The notes under the pieces are model-generated. The model saw only the letters and a list, made by a program, of their open reading frames with translations, had not been told where the DNA came from and made no database searches. Shown here in pieces: positions 12,406 through 24,160 of a stretch of 64,000 nt of DNA. The stretch covers positions 186,001 through 250,000 of the forward strand of contig CAJFCJ010000013.1 of assembly GCA_904063045.1 (NCBI GenBank). The letters are read 5' to 3'. The position numbers were made by a program, and so were the translations under genes. This DNA is from Dimorphilus gyrociliatus. Its lineage: Eukaryota > Animalia > Annelida. How positions within the stretch are numbered: the first letter of the stretch is position 1; every line of letters begins with the position of its first letter.

Positions 12406-15400
12406 CTAACTATATGGCGGTTTCATGGGATCATACCATTGAACGAACAGATCGAAATGAGCTGTTCTCACTAAATTATTAGTAAAACTTTGGACACTCT
12501 TTGGGCGTAAGCTTTCTATAAATTCGTCCCTCTAGTGTGAGAAAAAAAAAAAGAAAGAAATATAAAAAATATCTTATATGGATTTGATAAAATAAATTAA
12601 AGGCAATTTCTTGTGTTCAAAGAATCCCTTCCTTTACCTTGAAATCATAATACATGTCTGATTTATATAAATAATCACTATAATCTTGAAAAAGGGTAGC
12701 TAATAGCCGTTGGAAGCTCTCCCTAATTAAGTCCGAAGCTTGCTCTCTTTTATCTAAAAAAAAATAATAAAGGATATAAAATAAGAAAGGCTACGCTTTT
12801 TGATATTAAATGAATAAAATTGAAGAAGAAAACGGAAATTTACGGCAGGAAATGTTGGATAACGACGCTACAAGTGGTTTTTTCAATTTCTTCGGTAGAA
12901 GTACTGTATCATTTTCTTCGATGCTACCAGAATCCAAGTTAACAATCATTACGTCCTAATAAAATAAAAAAAAAATATTAATAAAAATATTTTATAATGA
13001 TAGAAGTAGAAATTTAGATTATAAAACATTTATAAAAGAACGTCTGAAGGTTATAAACGTCTTACATCCGGAGGGCCATAAACACTTTCTATTTTCTCAT
13101 AAAAATATAGTAGAAATCCGTTTATAGCCGGTCCTGGCTTTTCCATGGTAATTTTCATGCTGGACGGTGTTGCCGGCAAAATGAAATGAGGCCATTTAAA
13201 AGGATATAATAATTCCATGAAGGTCGTTGAAAATTTGGTAAGGACATGCAGATTTTCACTCACGAAGATGAGCTTCGATTCCAATAGAGCAGCAGAGAAT
13301 ATTTTAGTCAAACCCTCAACATCTGTACGCTCCAAAAGAAAGGCATAATCAACTTCCTTCCTACAGTCGACGTATGTTAAATTTAAGGCATAGCTATTGT
13401 TTTCTGACAGTTTCGTAGTCTCATTTTCTTCAGGAATTTTCTCTCTTGTACACTTACGTAATAGAGATCTTATATCGTCAATTTTATTGGCTGTCCTTAA
13501 AGTTTCAACGAAGAGTAGCAATTTATCATATATCTTATCGCATTGGAAATTAGTTAATATGGCATAAATTTCCATTTTATTCTCATTTTTAAAATATATT
13601 CGACGGCAGTACAAATAAGTATAGGCCCCTTCAGCACTTGTTAGAATTTGAACGTAGCCAAAAGAATCCTTTTCCAACTTTTCTAAATCAGGCAATGCAA
13701 GTATCTTTAATGCAGTAATATCGGATTTTTCGGGACAACAGAATTCAAGGTTTACAACTGGTTCATTGTTTATTTCATCAACCGTTAATATAACACATAA
13801 TTCACTGATTCTCGTCGATTTCAGTTTAACGAATTCGTAAACCCCTTCATTCTTTATCACATTTGGATCCTGATGAGAGTTGTAAATTATTAAAAAAATC
13901 AATAACAATAAAATATATCAACAAGACCGGCTAGTTAAAATAGAAGGGACAGGAAATTATTCTACACATATACTTTACAGCACAAGTACTCAACAGAAAC
14001 GACATATGCTAATGATATACATACAATATTAACTGTAATATTATTATTATTTTCTTTTTATATGGAATAAAAAATAGAGAAGAAAAATGCAAAAGTCTAT
14101 CGTTGTATATAATAATTATATTTTTGACAATTTAAACAAAAGAGTACAAACCTGTTTTATACTTTTGGTTCTCTGGAGTTTAGCTTTACATCTTTTATGA
14201 TAAGCAGACGGTTCTTCATCTTCACTGTCGTCTTCTTCGCTTGTCGAAGGTAATTCGCAAGAGTTTACTTTAGCTTTTTCTTTTTTCTTACCTACGATAA
14301 AACAACAACAGATACTTGTTAAAAAATAAAAAGAAAAAAGAAAAAACACATAAAAAATTCTTTAATTCAATTATAATTTAATGTAATTTGTTTTTTTGTA
14401 AAAAAAAAAAAAGATAAAAAAATCTATATATATGCATATATCTAATACATCTGCATATATAGACTATATATATATATATATATAAATTCGATAAATGATC
14501 TAAGCGAAGGAAGATTAATTAATATAAAAAAGAAATTAACCTGATTTCTTCTCGAAAATTCCTCCAGTACTGCTTTTAAGATTTTTGTTCTTATCATATA
14601 TAGGTCTAAAATAAGCATAAAAAAAGAATAAAAAAAAAAGATAGACAATACGAGATAGGAGAAAAAAACGGAAATGGAAAAGAACGAATTGTTTATTTTA
14701 GTTTTAAAAAGGTATTCGTACTAACTTAATAATGTTCACATTGGCATAAGCATTGTCAACTTGCTCTATTACTGGGCAATTAACCTAATGGAATAAAATT
14801 AAATGAAAAAAGAAGAAAAGTAGAAGGCAATAGGAGAACAATTTTATTCTTCTCTCCATTAGGAAAAAAAAATTGCAAACCTCTTCAGCACCGTCTTCTT
14901 TTAAATGGTCATCGTCGAAAGTTTGATCGTATAGTGGATTGTCCTCCATCGTTAATTCTTCTGCGAAAGGAGGAAGTTCCGAATGTCTTCTAGGTACACG
15001 CTCTTCGTCGGTCGATTTGTCGAATTCGTAAGATTTTATGGTCTCTTTAACATTAACAGATCGTCGTCGAAAGACTGGACTTTTCCTACTGAACAATATA
15101 TTTCCGTCCCTTACTTCACGAGTGAATTTAATCTTATAGTCAGAATTTTCATCAGAATTTTCAAATATTTTACGCCTTTCCGACAAACAAATTTTCTTAG
15201 CGACCTTTAAGCTTGGCATCCGATTAAGATCCATCGGATCTGATTTTTCTAAGAACAGAGGGAAACAATCAAAAATAGTAAAATATACAGTATATACATA
15301 TAATATTAATATAAAATCACTATTCATAAACGATTTTCCATATATACAGTAAATGTATAAATACTAACAGTTATATACTGTATATTTATAGATTTATATT

Positions 15401-15983
15401 CATATTTTGTCATCAGAATGTAAAATCTATGTGAAACTGTGGCCTTCATTAAAGTGCAGATAACAAATTAGTCGATGTTAAAGTGTGATACGAAAATCAC
15501 AGCTATTAACTATATCTTATTAAGTCGTTAAACTAAAAATAAATAAGAAATTGTGAAAAATAACTTACTCCTTGCTTGTAAATTTACACCGCTTTCAAAG
15601 CGTTTCGTCAGACATTTGACGTCTACGTCTCCGTTATAATATCCAGGACGTTGCATACGTTGTTTTCTCGAACAAGAGAGTAAGTCGTTTCCCTTTAGGG
15701 AAGCGGTACTACTCTAAAACATGAAAAAAGAAAAAGATTCTTTGTTGAGAACAAAAAAAAATGGTATAATTAATTGAGTTAAAAGATAAATTTTCTGCTA
15801 AGTACACTTATTCTCCACATAGAGTATATGTATGTGAAAAAAAAAATAGAACAAATTTTAAATAATACACTCTTTACAGTAAAAAAGAAGGTTTTGTATC
15901 TTTTTGTGTAGCGTTTCAGGCAGTTATTGGGACAAAAATAAAAAATAGTTATTAAAAATAAAATTCTTAAAATACGATACCAT
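12406..15983 (-). CDS. DENN-domain protein (Rab GEF family, DENND2/ST5-like architecture), multi-exon
   Basis: uDENN/DENN motifs are present (ILTSAEGAYTYLYCRRI, LLESKLIFVSENL, LLYPFKWPHFILP). Further spliced exons give DVMIVNLDSG...LPKKL and dDENN-like IRESFQRLLATLFQDY and FTNNLVRTAHFDLFV, with a stop at 12406-12408. The start (ATG|gtatcg at 15983-15981) is tentative. Confidence 0.75.
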
Positions 15984-16240
15984 CTTCTTCAAAAAGACAA
16001 AAAGAACGTTTTTCCCTTAGAAAATGAATATGCACTTAGTTGGCTTTCACTTCCTCAAATTTAATTCCTATTCTTCTTATTTCTCTCTCTTACACAACGG
16101 ACAGATTTATTTGTCACCTAATACGTGAAGAGATTTATAAAGGCGCCTTAAATGCAATAAAAATATACCAAACTATATTAGTTTGCGGTATTTCGCCTAA
16201 ATCAGGGAATGACAATATATATATATATAAATATATACAG

Positions 16241-16273
<33 letters not shown>

Positions 16274-16816
16274 GTTTATATATACAGATAAAACCTGTAA
16301 CTGATGGTTTTTGTGGACAGTTTCAGCTTTAACTGAATTACTTACCGGATATTGTGGGAATATGATAAATTTATGCCCAAACTAAATCATTACAAGCTTC
16401 TACATCGAATTAAATAGATAGTTTATAAGAACTTTTTCTGATTTGATTTTGTCAAAATTTCCTGTAGAGCCATTTTGTCGTCTGCTTCGCGGGCCAGGTT
16501 AAGGTTGTCACAAAATATTTAAATAACAAGCTGTTCATGTTGTTTTGACCAAGTTTTTATTCAAGATTGTCATTAATAATTGGTTTTTTTTGAAAAATAT
16601 AATGAATATTTTACATATTATTTGAAAAAGAGTAATCAAATTACAATAGACATTTATACGAGGTTTCCGAAAGTATTTAAGAACTTCCGGTAGGCGGTCA
16701 GCCTTTAATTGGGCGAACAATTGATTATACGAGGACTAGTTTAATATATTTTTGATTGAGAAACAACGAAAAATACACAACAAACACATCATCGCCCCGA
16801 AAGTAGTGTGTTTCCA

Positions 16817-18147
16817 TTATTCTGATGTCTGAGCTAGATCGTTTGTCGACGACGAATGTTTTAGTTTAGCCGAACAACCACCAGTTTTTTCGTTAAGAAC
16901 GTGATAAAAATAAAGAGTCATGACAAACGCTAAACAAGGTAGAACCACGCCGGCGGCCTTAAACGATTTCGTTGTTTGTAGGAGATATAGGCCTGGCACT
17001 GTATAACAGGAATAAAGAAGAATTAATTTAAAAAAAAGGGAAAAAATAATAGTCTATTTATAGGCAATTGACTTGTCTAACCTATTCGTAAACGAAGAAA
17101 AATAACGTGACAATAACGATACAACCGAATAAAACTGGAACGGTGCAAACCAATCTAGGATTAGGGTAGACAGACACTGCAATAACAATTGATTACATAA
17201 GTACTGTATAAATATACGTAAAAGCAGAGGCGACATTGAGCGTAAACACCTCATCAATTCACGTTCAACGACAAACAAAAGCGACCGAATAAAAACAGAT
17301 ATACAAACTTACTGAAAAGTAGATAGAAGAAGACTACAATGGCCATAATCAAAATTCTTTTTATAAAATCCCTATCTTGAGATCTTGATGCCGCGAAGAA
17401 AAAGAATGAGAAGCCAGCTGTAAAGGAACGCCCGAAAATGGGCCGTTAGACAAAACTTTATACATACAGTATATATATATATATGTGTGTAGAAAGTTTA
17501 TACTCTTGATGTTTTATAACATAAAAAAAAAAGTAAGTTGAAGAGAAAGGAGGGATAGAAGGGAGAAAGAAAGAAAAAAAAAAGAAAAAAAGAGATGACA
17601 CAAAAAAAGCCCTTGTAGGGAAAAAAGGAAGAGAAGATGAGATAGAGATACTCAAATCTCATTTGATATGACACAAGAAAATGAGGAAGGGATAAAGGAA
17701 AACATACCGAAAAAAGCACCAGCAAAAGTCCGTAGAACAAGTGCAGTATCGCCGCTATCATCTTTTGGATAACTACCATATGAATGACGAAAGAAATGAA
17801 GCGGAGCGACTAGAACCCATATTCCTAGCAGGATAAAAGCCACTGATAGGGTGTACAACCAGGAAATTAATCCTTTCGGTAGTTTAATGTACAATTGTTC
17901 ACTATGGCCAAGGATTTGAGAAAGCTGTCGTGAAAAGGGGAAGAAAAGCAATAATATAATAGGAAAAAAAGCTAATATAAGGAAAAGAAATATTTTTTCG
18001 ACTGAAAGCAAATTACTCTTTCCATGCCTTTAATCGTCTCACCTTTGACCTATGGACATCTCCGTCGTCAGTTTCCCCTACTCCAAGTAATTTTCTCGTC
18101 TTCAAACGACTGTGTAGATCACCACTCGAATGTTTCCTATTTTTCAT
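16817..18147 (-). CDS. TP53I11: TP53I11/PIG11-like four-TM protein; exons 18147-18043, 17924-17708, about 17417-17312, 16998-16817
   Basis: Exon 1, [35 protein letters not shown], followed by LSQILG, matches the conserved TP53I11 N-terminus. Hydrophobic segments follow and splice phases are consistent. Confidence 0.85.
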
Positions 18148-18204
18148 TGAAGATGAGGATTGCAGAAAAGACGGCGAGTAAACGTGCGATTGAGAGACAG
18201 AAGC

Positions 18205-18247
<43 letters not shown>

Positions 18248-20387
18248 TGTGTATGTATGTTTGTGAGAAGATGGATAGGGAAAAAAGGACGAAAAGAGGA
18301 GAGATTAAAATAAGGTAAATAGAAAGTAGAGTAGAGGAATAAGGGAGAAATGCGAAGAAAAAAAATAAAAGAAAACGACCTTGTTTCTTTCCTGTTTACC
18401 TTTTATTTTTTAACCCAGTAATATACTTAAAATTTCATTTTAAAAAGAAAAAGGTATTGTATAAAATAACTCTTCAGCCTACTTTTTTTATATCGCTTAT
18501 CTATCGACGCACGTGGATATTGGCTAAGCGGGAATAATTTGCTGATTTATTGGGGATTTTATAATACTATAAATTGGAATGTCGCAAAGCTATTTTTTTC
18601 CGTGTTAATGCGTCCAACACGTTGCCAAATTATATATTGATCGGGTTTAAATGGTTAACTGTCTCCCACCAAATGTACATCAAAGTTTCCGGTACAGTTG
18701 GCAAGGCAACGCGTGCACTCTACTTGGGTAAGGAATATTTAATTATAGGCTTATTCGGAGATCCTCTCGATCTCCGTGTATATAGTCCGACTAACATTTT
18801 GCAGTCTATTAATAAAATGTCAGTGACGAAAATGCGCTTGCACACAGCTTATTACAGAAGCCTAGATTTTTTCTCCCTATATTCTTCATATTTCCTCTTA
18901 TTCTTTTCCTAATTTTTCTTGAGTTTTTCTAACACTAGCCTTATAATTAGCTATCTATCAATGATTACCGTAATAATAATACTAATAATATAAACGATAA
19001 AAAATAAAGATTATGAAGAAAGAAAAATAATTAAAACTTCTCTTTTGGAGCCAACAACGTACCGTTCGAGCTTATGAACGTGACCTATTGCTTTGTTGAC
19101 GATGCTAGTAGCCGTTGATCCGCTTTCGGCCATTGCATCAGGCGATAGACGTCAAAAAAAAGTGACGCCTCAAAAGCCGATAGGTAGCGCTTTTTTCTTT
19201 AAAAAAAAAAGGACTACGTATACAATTTCTTGTTTTGTTAGTCTTTTCGAAAAAAATAAAAAGCCTCTCATTATCACAATCAGTTATTTGGCTTGAGGTA
19301 TGAAACGGTTTAATATTCCTTCTCTTGCAACATGGCGTGATAACTGATATCTAAAAATGGTAGGAATTGTAGGAAATTGTCGCATGTTAATTACCGTAAT
19401 AGAAAATAGAAAAATTCTACTTTTAACCCTTTGACTAAGGAAAAGTTTTAGAAGGAACCTTTTAGTTTAAAAAGCTTATTAGTAAAACTACATTTGGGGT
19501 AAAATAAAAAGGTGTCTAGAACAACAAAGTTCTAACATCTCTATGGTAACCGATAATATACGAGTTACTTAACTGAATTTCAATGAAGTACTAGTGGAAA
19601 TTTTTAGGTATAAAACTGTTTTGATAATAGATAGCCGACTAGGAAAATCGACTCTCTCTCTCTCTCTCTCTCTCCATCTTAGCTTATAGATAAAGAAATA
19701 AAATGAAATTCGGTTACTCTATCTAAAGATAGGACGGAGGATGAAGAAAAAAAAACCACTTGGCTATAGTTAGAATGTTATTTTATAATTATTTCTATAC
19801 AAAAACGAAATTTATGTAACGTAATTATTGGAAAGAAAATATAAAAAAAAAAAGAGAAAGTCTCCTCTTTTTGTTTGTTTCCAATTTTCATGTGATGTTT
19901 TGGGGAGGGAATTGGGATATTGTGTGTTTGTATGTGTTTTTTTAAAGTGTTTAATTTCGTCTTACCTGTAATTATCGTCAGTTTGAGTAGGATCGTCAAT
20001 AAAAGTTCGTCCGTCCATTGGGAAAGTAAACGCTAAACTGCGGCGTTGGTCAGCTACGTGATACAGCCACTTACGGCGCAAGACTCACTAACTTATAAGA
20101 ATATTCATACTCCATGTATTAGTCACATGCTATGGAAAATTTCTACTTTAGTTAACGTCTATACGTCAGTTCCAATATGTTCCATTGCTTCTTTCTTAAC
20201 TTTCGCCGTCTGGCAGGTAGTTTAACAGGTTCTAACGAGTTGTTTAAACGTAAACCAGAGTGCTCAGGGGGTGATCTGTAATGAGATATATTTGGCACCA
20301 TAACATATAAATATATATTGATACAGTATACACTGTATATAGTTTTTGGTCTTCAATTTTCCGTAAGTAATTATAATTTCGTCTAAT

Positions 20388-21194
20388 TTACCTTTTGATT
20401 AATGGATCTAATTCGATTAAACATGCCATTTCGTGATAAACATCTTGCAATAAACCATTCAAAAGGGGTCTCTTAGCCCAATCAAGATTTATTTGAGATA
20501 GTGAGGATAACTTTACAAACTCGTCCCTCTTATTTGGAAAATATTTTCCAAAGAGATTTTGTAACGAGATACTTCTATCCGGTAGACCGTTGTCTGCCAT
20601 ATAAGACCGGTAGATTTCCTGTATAGGCTTACATATTCCTAAAAAAGGCAAGGCAAACCAGTATGCTTATCTTACTTGGAAATCGCATTCTCTTTCTAAC
20701 CGGGCGTCATAAACAGCAAGGATCTTTTTCAATTTGTCAACGTCATGACAAAGCTACAGGTTTTAAAACGTATTTAAAAAAAAAACATATGAATGGAGAA
20801 GATTAATTAGCTTATTTTCTTTTTGCAGTTTATTTTTTCTGCATTTTCCATTCTCTTACTGGAAATAACTTTTACAAACTAACGTAATACTTTTAGAAAA
20901 CAATCTAAAGGGAATTTTCGCTTTAAGTACATACCTTTTCGATACCGTCCGTTGACAATAGACGCCATAATTCACCGTTGTGTAGAATACCAGGTGATTT
21001 TTTCAAATCGAAAATGAATACCTGCATATCATCTTCATCTGATTGGTCTTTCACTATCCCAAATCCCAGGATAGACAATTTGCCTATTTATTATCCGATC
21101 AGAAACAATTTATGGCACTACTCTATTATATTTAATATCAATACAGCTTAGATCCCTTCTACGTCCTAACAACAAACTTCATTGTTTAAATATA

Positions 21195-21262
<68 letters not shown>

Positions 21263-21499
21263 TGTATGTATGTATGTATGTATGTATATATATATCTATA
21301 AAATTTCATTTTGTTTATAGAAATCTATCAAGTTCATAACGTTTTATACCTTATATCTATGTTATAAATTATTAAACTCACTGTCGTAGCCATCCAAGTA
21401 AGTTTTATAAACAAACGCCAATCGAGGCCCATTTACCGTTAAGATATGACGAACGAGCCTCCTACTTAAACTGACTTTATCAACCACTAGAATTCTCAT
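20388..21499 (-). CDS. EXD1-like 3'-5' exonuclease-fold protein, 191 aa, probably catalytically dead; exons 21499-21382, 21083-20935, 20753-20676, 20618-20388
   Basis: The phase-consistent model gives KLSILGF...QVFIFDL...ILHNGELWRLL...IEKLCHD...SISLQNL...DWAKRPL, the motif order of DnaQ-like WRN/EXD exonuclease domains. Confidence 0.65.
21193..21290. repeat. (AT)n plus (TATG)n microsatellite in the EXD1-like intron
   Basis: About 62 bp of perfect AT repeat, flanked on both sides by TACTGTA and followed by TATG units. Confidence 0.95.
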
Positions 21500-23011
21500 A
21501 TCCGAGCTAAACTAGGTATTTTTTTTCTTGTATACGTGTTCAGTAATCGATTTTATGTCGGCTTCGATCGGTTAGTTATTTTTTCCTTTTATTTTTCTTA
21601 ACAATGAATGAGGACGTTTTAAGAAAGCAATAATCCATTCCTGCCACCTGTCGTTGTAATCACGCAACTAATTGGGCCTAGCTATCACCGTCTCGCCAGA
21701 AATCGGAAATAAGTTAAGGAAAGTGTCGCTTTTGTAGGTGTTAAAGTAATTTCGGCTAATATCAATCAACTTACTATATACGTATTAAACGTATACGTAC
21801 ATACGTATTTTTCTAAAAATGAAAGGGGCGTAAACATAAAAAAAAAACTTATTTTTAAAACTAATAGTTAATTGAAAAAGGTGTCTTTATTACTTCGAGA
21901 CCTGTCGCTGTATTTCTACTGTCAATCATCATTTCGAAACGGTTTTCTTTTCTCTTTCTTTACAACAAAATGTTTAAGAAAAAAAACAAAAAAGAAAAAA
22001 AAAACTAATTTGAATATTTCAAATCTTTTTCTTTTCTTTTTATTTTTCGTTAAAGTTTTTTCTAAAATGTTTTTTTTTTTTTATACAATCTTTTTATTTT
22101 AGCTAGTCGGCGTCTAATTTATCCCAAATATTTTTCCATCCGATATCAGTCTCTCTAGTCCTTTTCTTACGCTTACCTAAAGATATTGAAGGAGGAGGGT
22201 ATGAGAATAGAAAAAGAATAATAAAGTATATCAACAACGTTTTCCATCATTATATCTATTAAAATACAATTATATATCTATACTGTATATACTTCTATAT
22301 CGACGTCGACCGTTTATTATTTTTTATTATTATCAGACATTCGTATTGTACTGATGAAATCTGTCAATATATTTTAACTGGAACTAATTTACTAATGGCT
22401 CTTTCTATAGTGTCTTTTAAAAACAAAAAATAGTAGATAAATCATAAGGGCGGCCGTAAAAAGAGGATAGAGATAACGACTAAACATTTCGGCGAAATTA
22501 CCCGATCAAAAGAGATAGAGATGAGAGGCCGAGAGAAGAATAGTGTATAATCGACAGGAAAACACAATATCAATAATAAAAGAAACAATTATCGAAAACG
22601 AAACAAGAACAGTAATAATGGTAATAATAATGAAAATAATAAACAACAAAAAAAAATTGATATAAAAAGAAAACCGTACGCTTTTTATCTGTTAAAAAAA
22701 GAGAGGGAGAGAGAGGGAGAAAAAGAGAAAGGAGAGAAAATAGAAAGAAAGTGCTCAGATGTTAAAAGCCCCTTGTCGAGATTCATTGTCTTTTACGCGA
22801 CGGGCTATATTAATCATAATACAACTATAAAGATTTATAAAAGAGAAGCTGTCCGTAAAAATGAGCATTTTTATTTTTAATTTTTTTTATCTTCGCTTCT
22901 CTCTTCTCAGTTCTATTTTGTCTTATTAATTAAACCCATTAAATTCTTCTACGTTCCTTTCTACTAACGATACAGTTTGTCTACTAAACTATATAAAAAC
23001 GTTTAAGGTTC

Positions 23012-23441
23012 TTACTTACCGGGTGAAAAACACATAGGATCGCTTAAACAATTTCTAACCATATTCATCTTTAACCTATTCAAGTACGCCCGACCAGCGG
23101 ATGAACCGATATGACTCAGTAAACACGGAAACGCCGAACATTCCGATCTTTTGTTGTAAACTTCGTAATTGAATCTATTGGTTTTTAATTTAAGGCGGAA
23201 AGGTTAGTAAGGAGGAGAAACAGAGAGAAGCTCTCAACTACTAAATTAGAAAATTGGTATATTAAATTATACGAGAATTCTTATCGAGGGATTGTCTGAT
23301 AACTAATGAAAGAGACGGGTTTAATTAGATATTTCTTTAATTAGAATGAAATTTGTAAAAAATGAGAAAGATGAAAGAAACTTACCTACCGAAAGCGAAG
23401 GAGGGTAGAAATACGGCAATCAAAATAAATAGCTTTATCAT
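23012..23441 (-). CDS. Small secreted prepropeptide (candidate neuropeptide precursor), 71 aa; exons 23441-23390 and 23175-23012
   Basis: Signal-peptide exon MIKLFILIAVFLPSFAF with a phase-1 donor G|GTAGGT joins caatag|AT. The product is DSITKFTTKR-SECSAFPCLLSHIGSSAGRAYLNRLKMNMVRNCLSDPMCFSP-GK-stop. It is not in the ORF track. Confidence 0.75.
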
Positions 23442-24160
23442 AACTAAATTGGTTCAGAAACAAAATAATTGAATTAAATAAAGGAAATATTCGTTTAGAA
23501 TAATATTTCTACCTTCAATAATTCTACGCCTCATCAGCGTATGCGATTTAGCGGTCGTCAGATGGCGGAGGCGTGTTTATTAGAATAAGTCGGGGATAAG
23601 TTTTATGAATTTGCATACATAATACTCATCATTTGAAAAACGGGTATAGGATTAAATATCGCATTGGGGAAAGTGTAATCACACTGTTATAACATAAACA
23701 TATTATTAATATTTATCTTTAACCTTCCATCACCTCCAGAGTCTACAATTATTGGGGTTCGTTTCTTATTTTATATGCTTTTTGTTTTATTTTTGCAAGA
23801 AAAGCAATTTTTTTATCATTTTCTTAAGTGAAAATTTTAAATTAATTGTTTAAAAAGAAGAAACAAAAGATGGAGTGGATAGGGCAGGGAATCGGGAGAG
23901 TCTTTTTGTTATTAACTGCCAAATATACAACTCCATCGGTCATAGTGACGAGAGGTAAACTTCTCTTATCTTCTTCGACTTTGCATCTCAAGTAGCTGTA
24001 AAAACGTTGTTACGGGAACAATGAGATTGCAGAATAATAAAAAAAAAATGGAAAAGTAATTAACTGCTCTATATTCCGAAAATGAATTAATTAGCATAAA
24101 GGCGGCAATTAACTAAAAGCAAGAATTAGGAATGACAGACCCAAAGAGATCAATCTAAAT

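Noticed and set aside
18574-19296. ORFs 18574-18912 and 19093-19296
   Set aside because: Non-ATG starts, no recognisable motif, and they lie in the upstream region of TP53I11.
19424-19440. TTAACCCT, a piggyBac-like end
   Set aside because: I found no matching inverted end or transposase nearby.
20995-21005. Apparent frameshift in the EXD1-like exon 2
   Set aside because: On recount the homopolymer has six bases, so the frame is continuous (DLKKSPGILHNG).
23960-23997. Possible alternative last kinesin exon (LLEMQSRRR-stop)
   Set aside because: It is too short to distinguish from chance or from a UTR exon of the downstream peptide gene.
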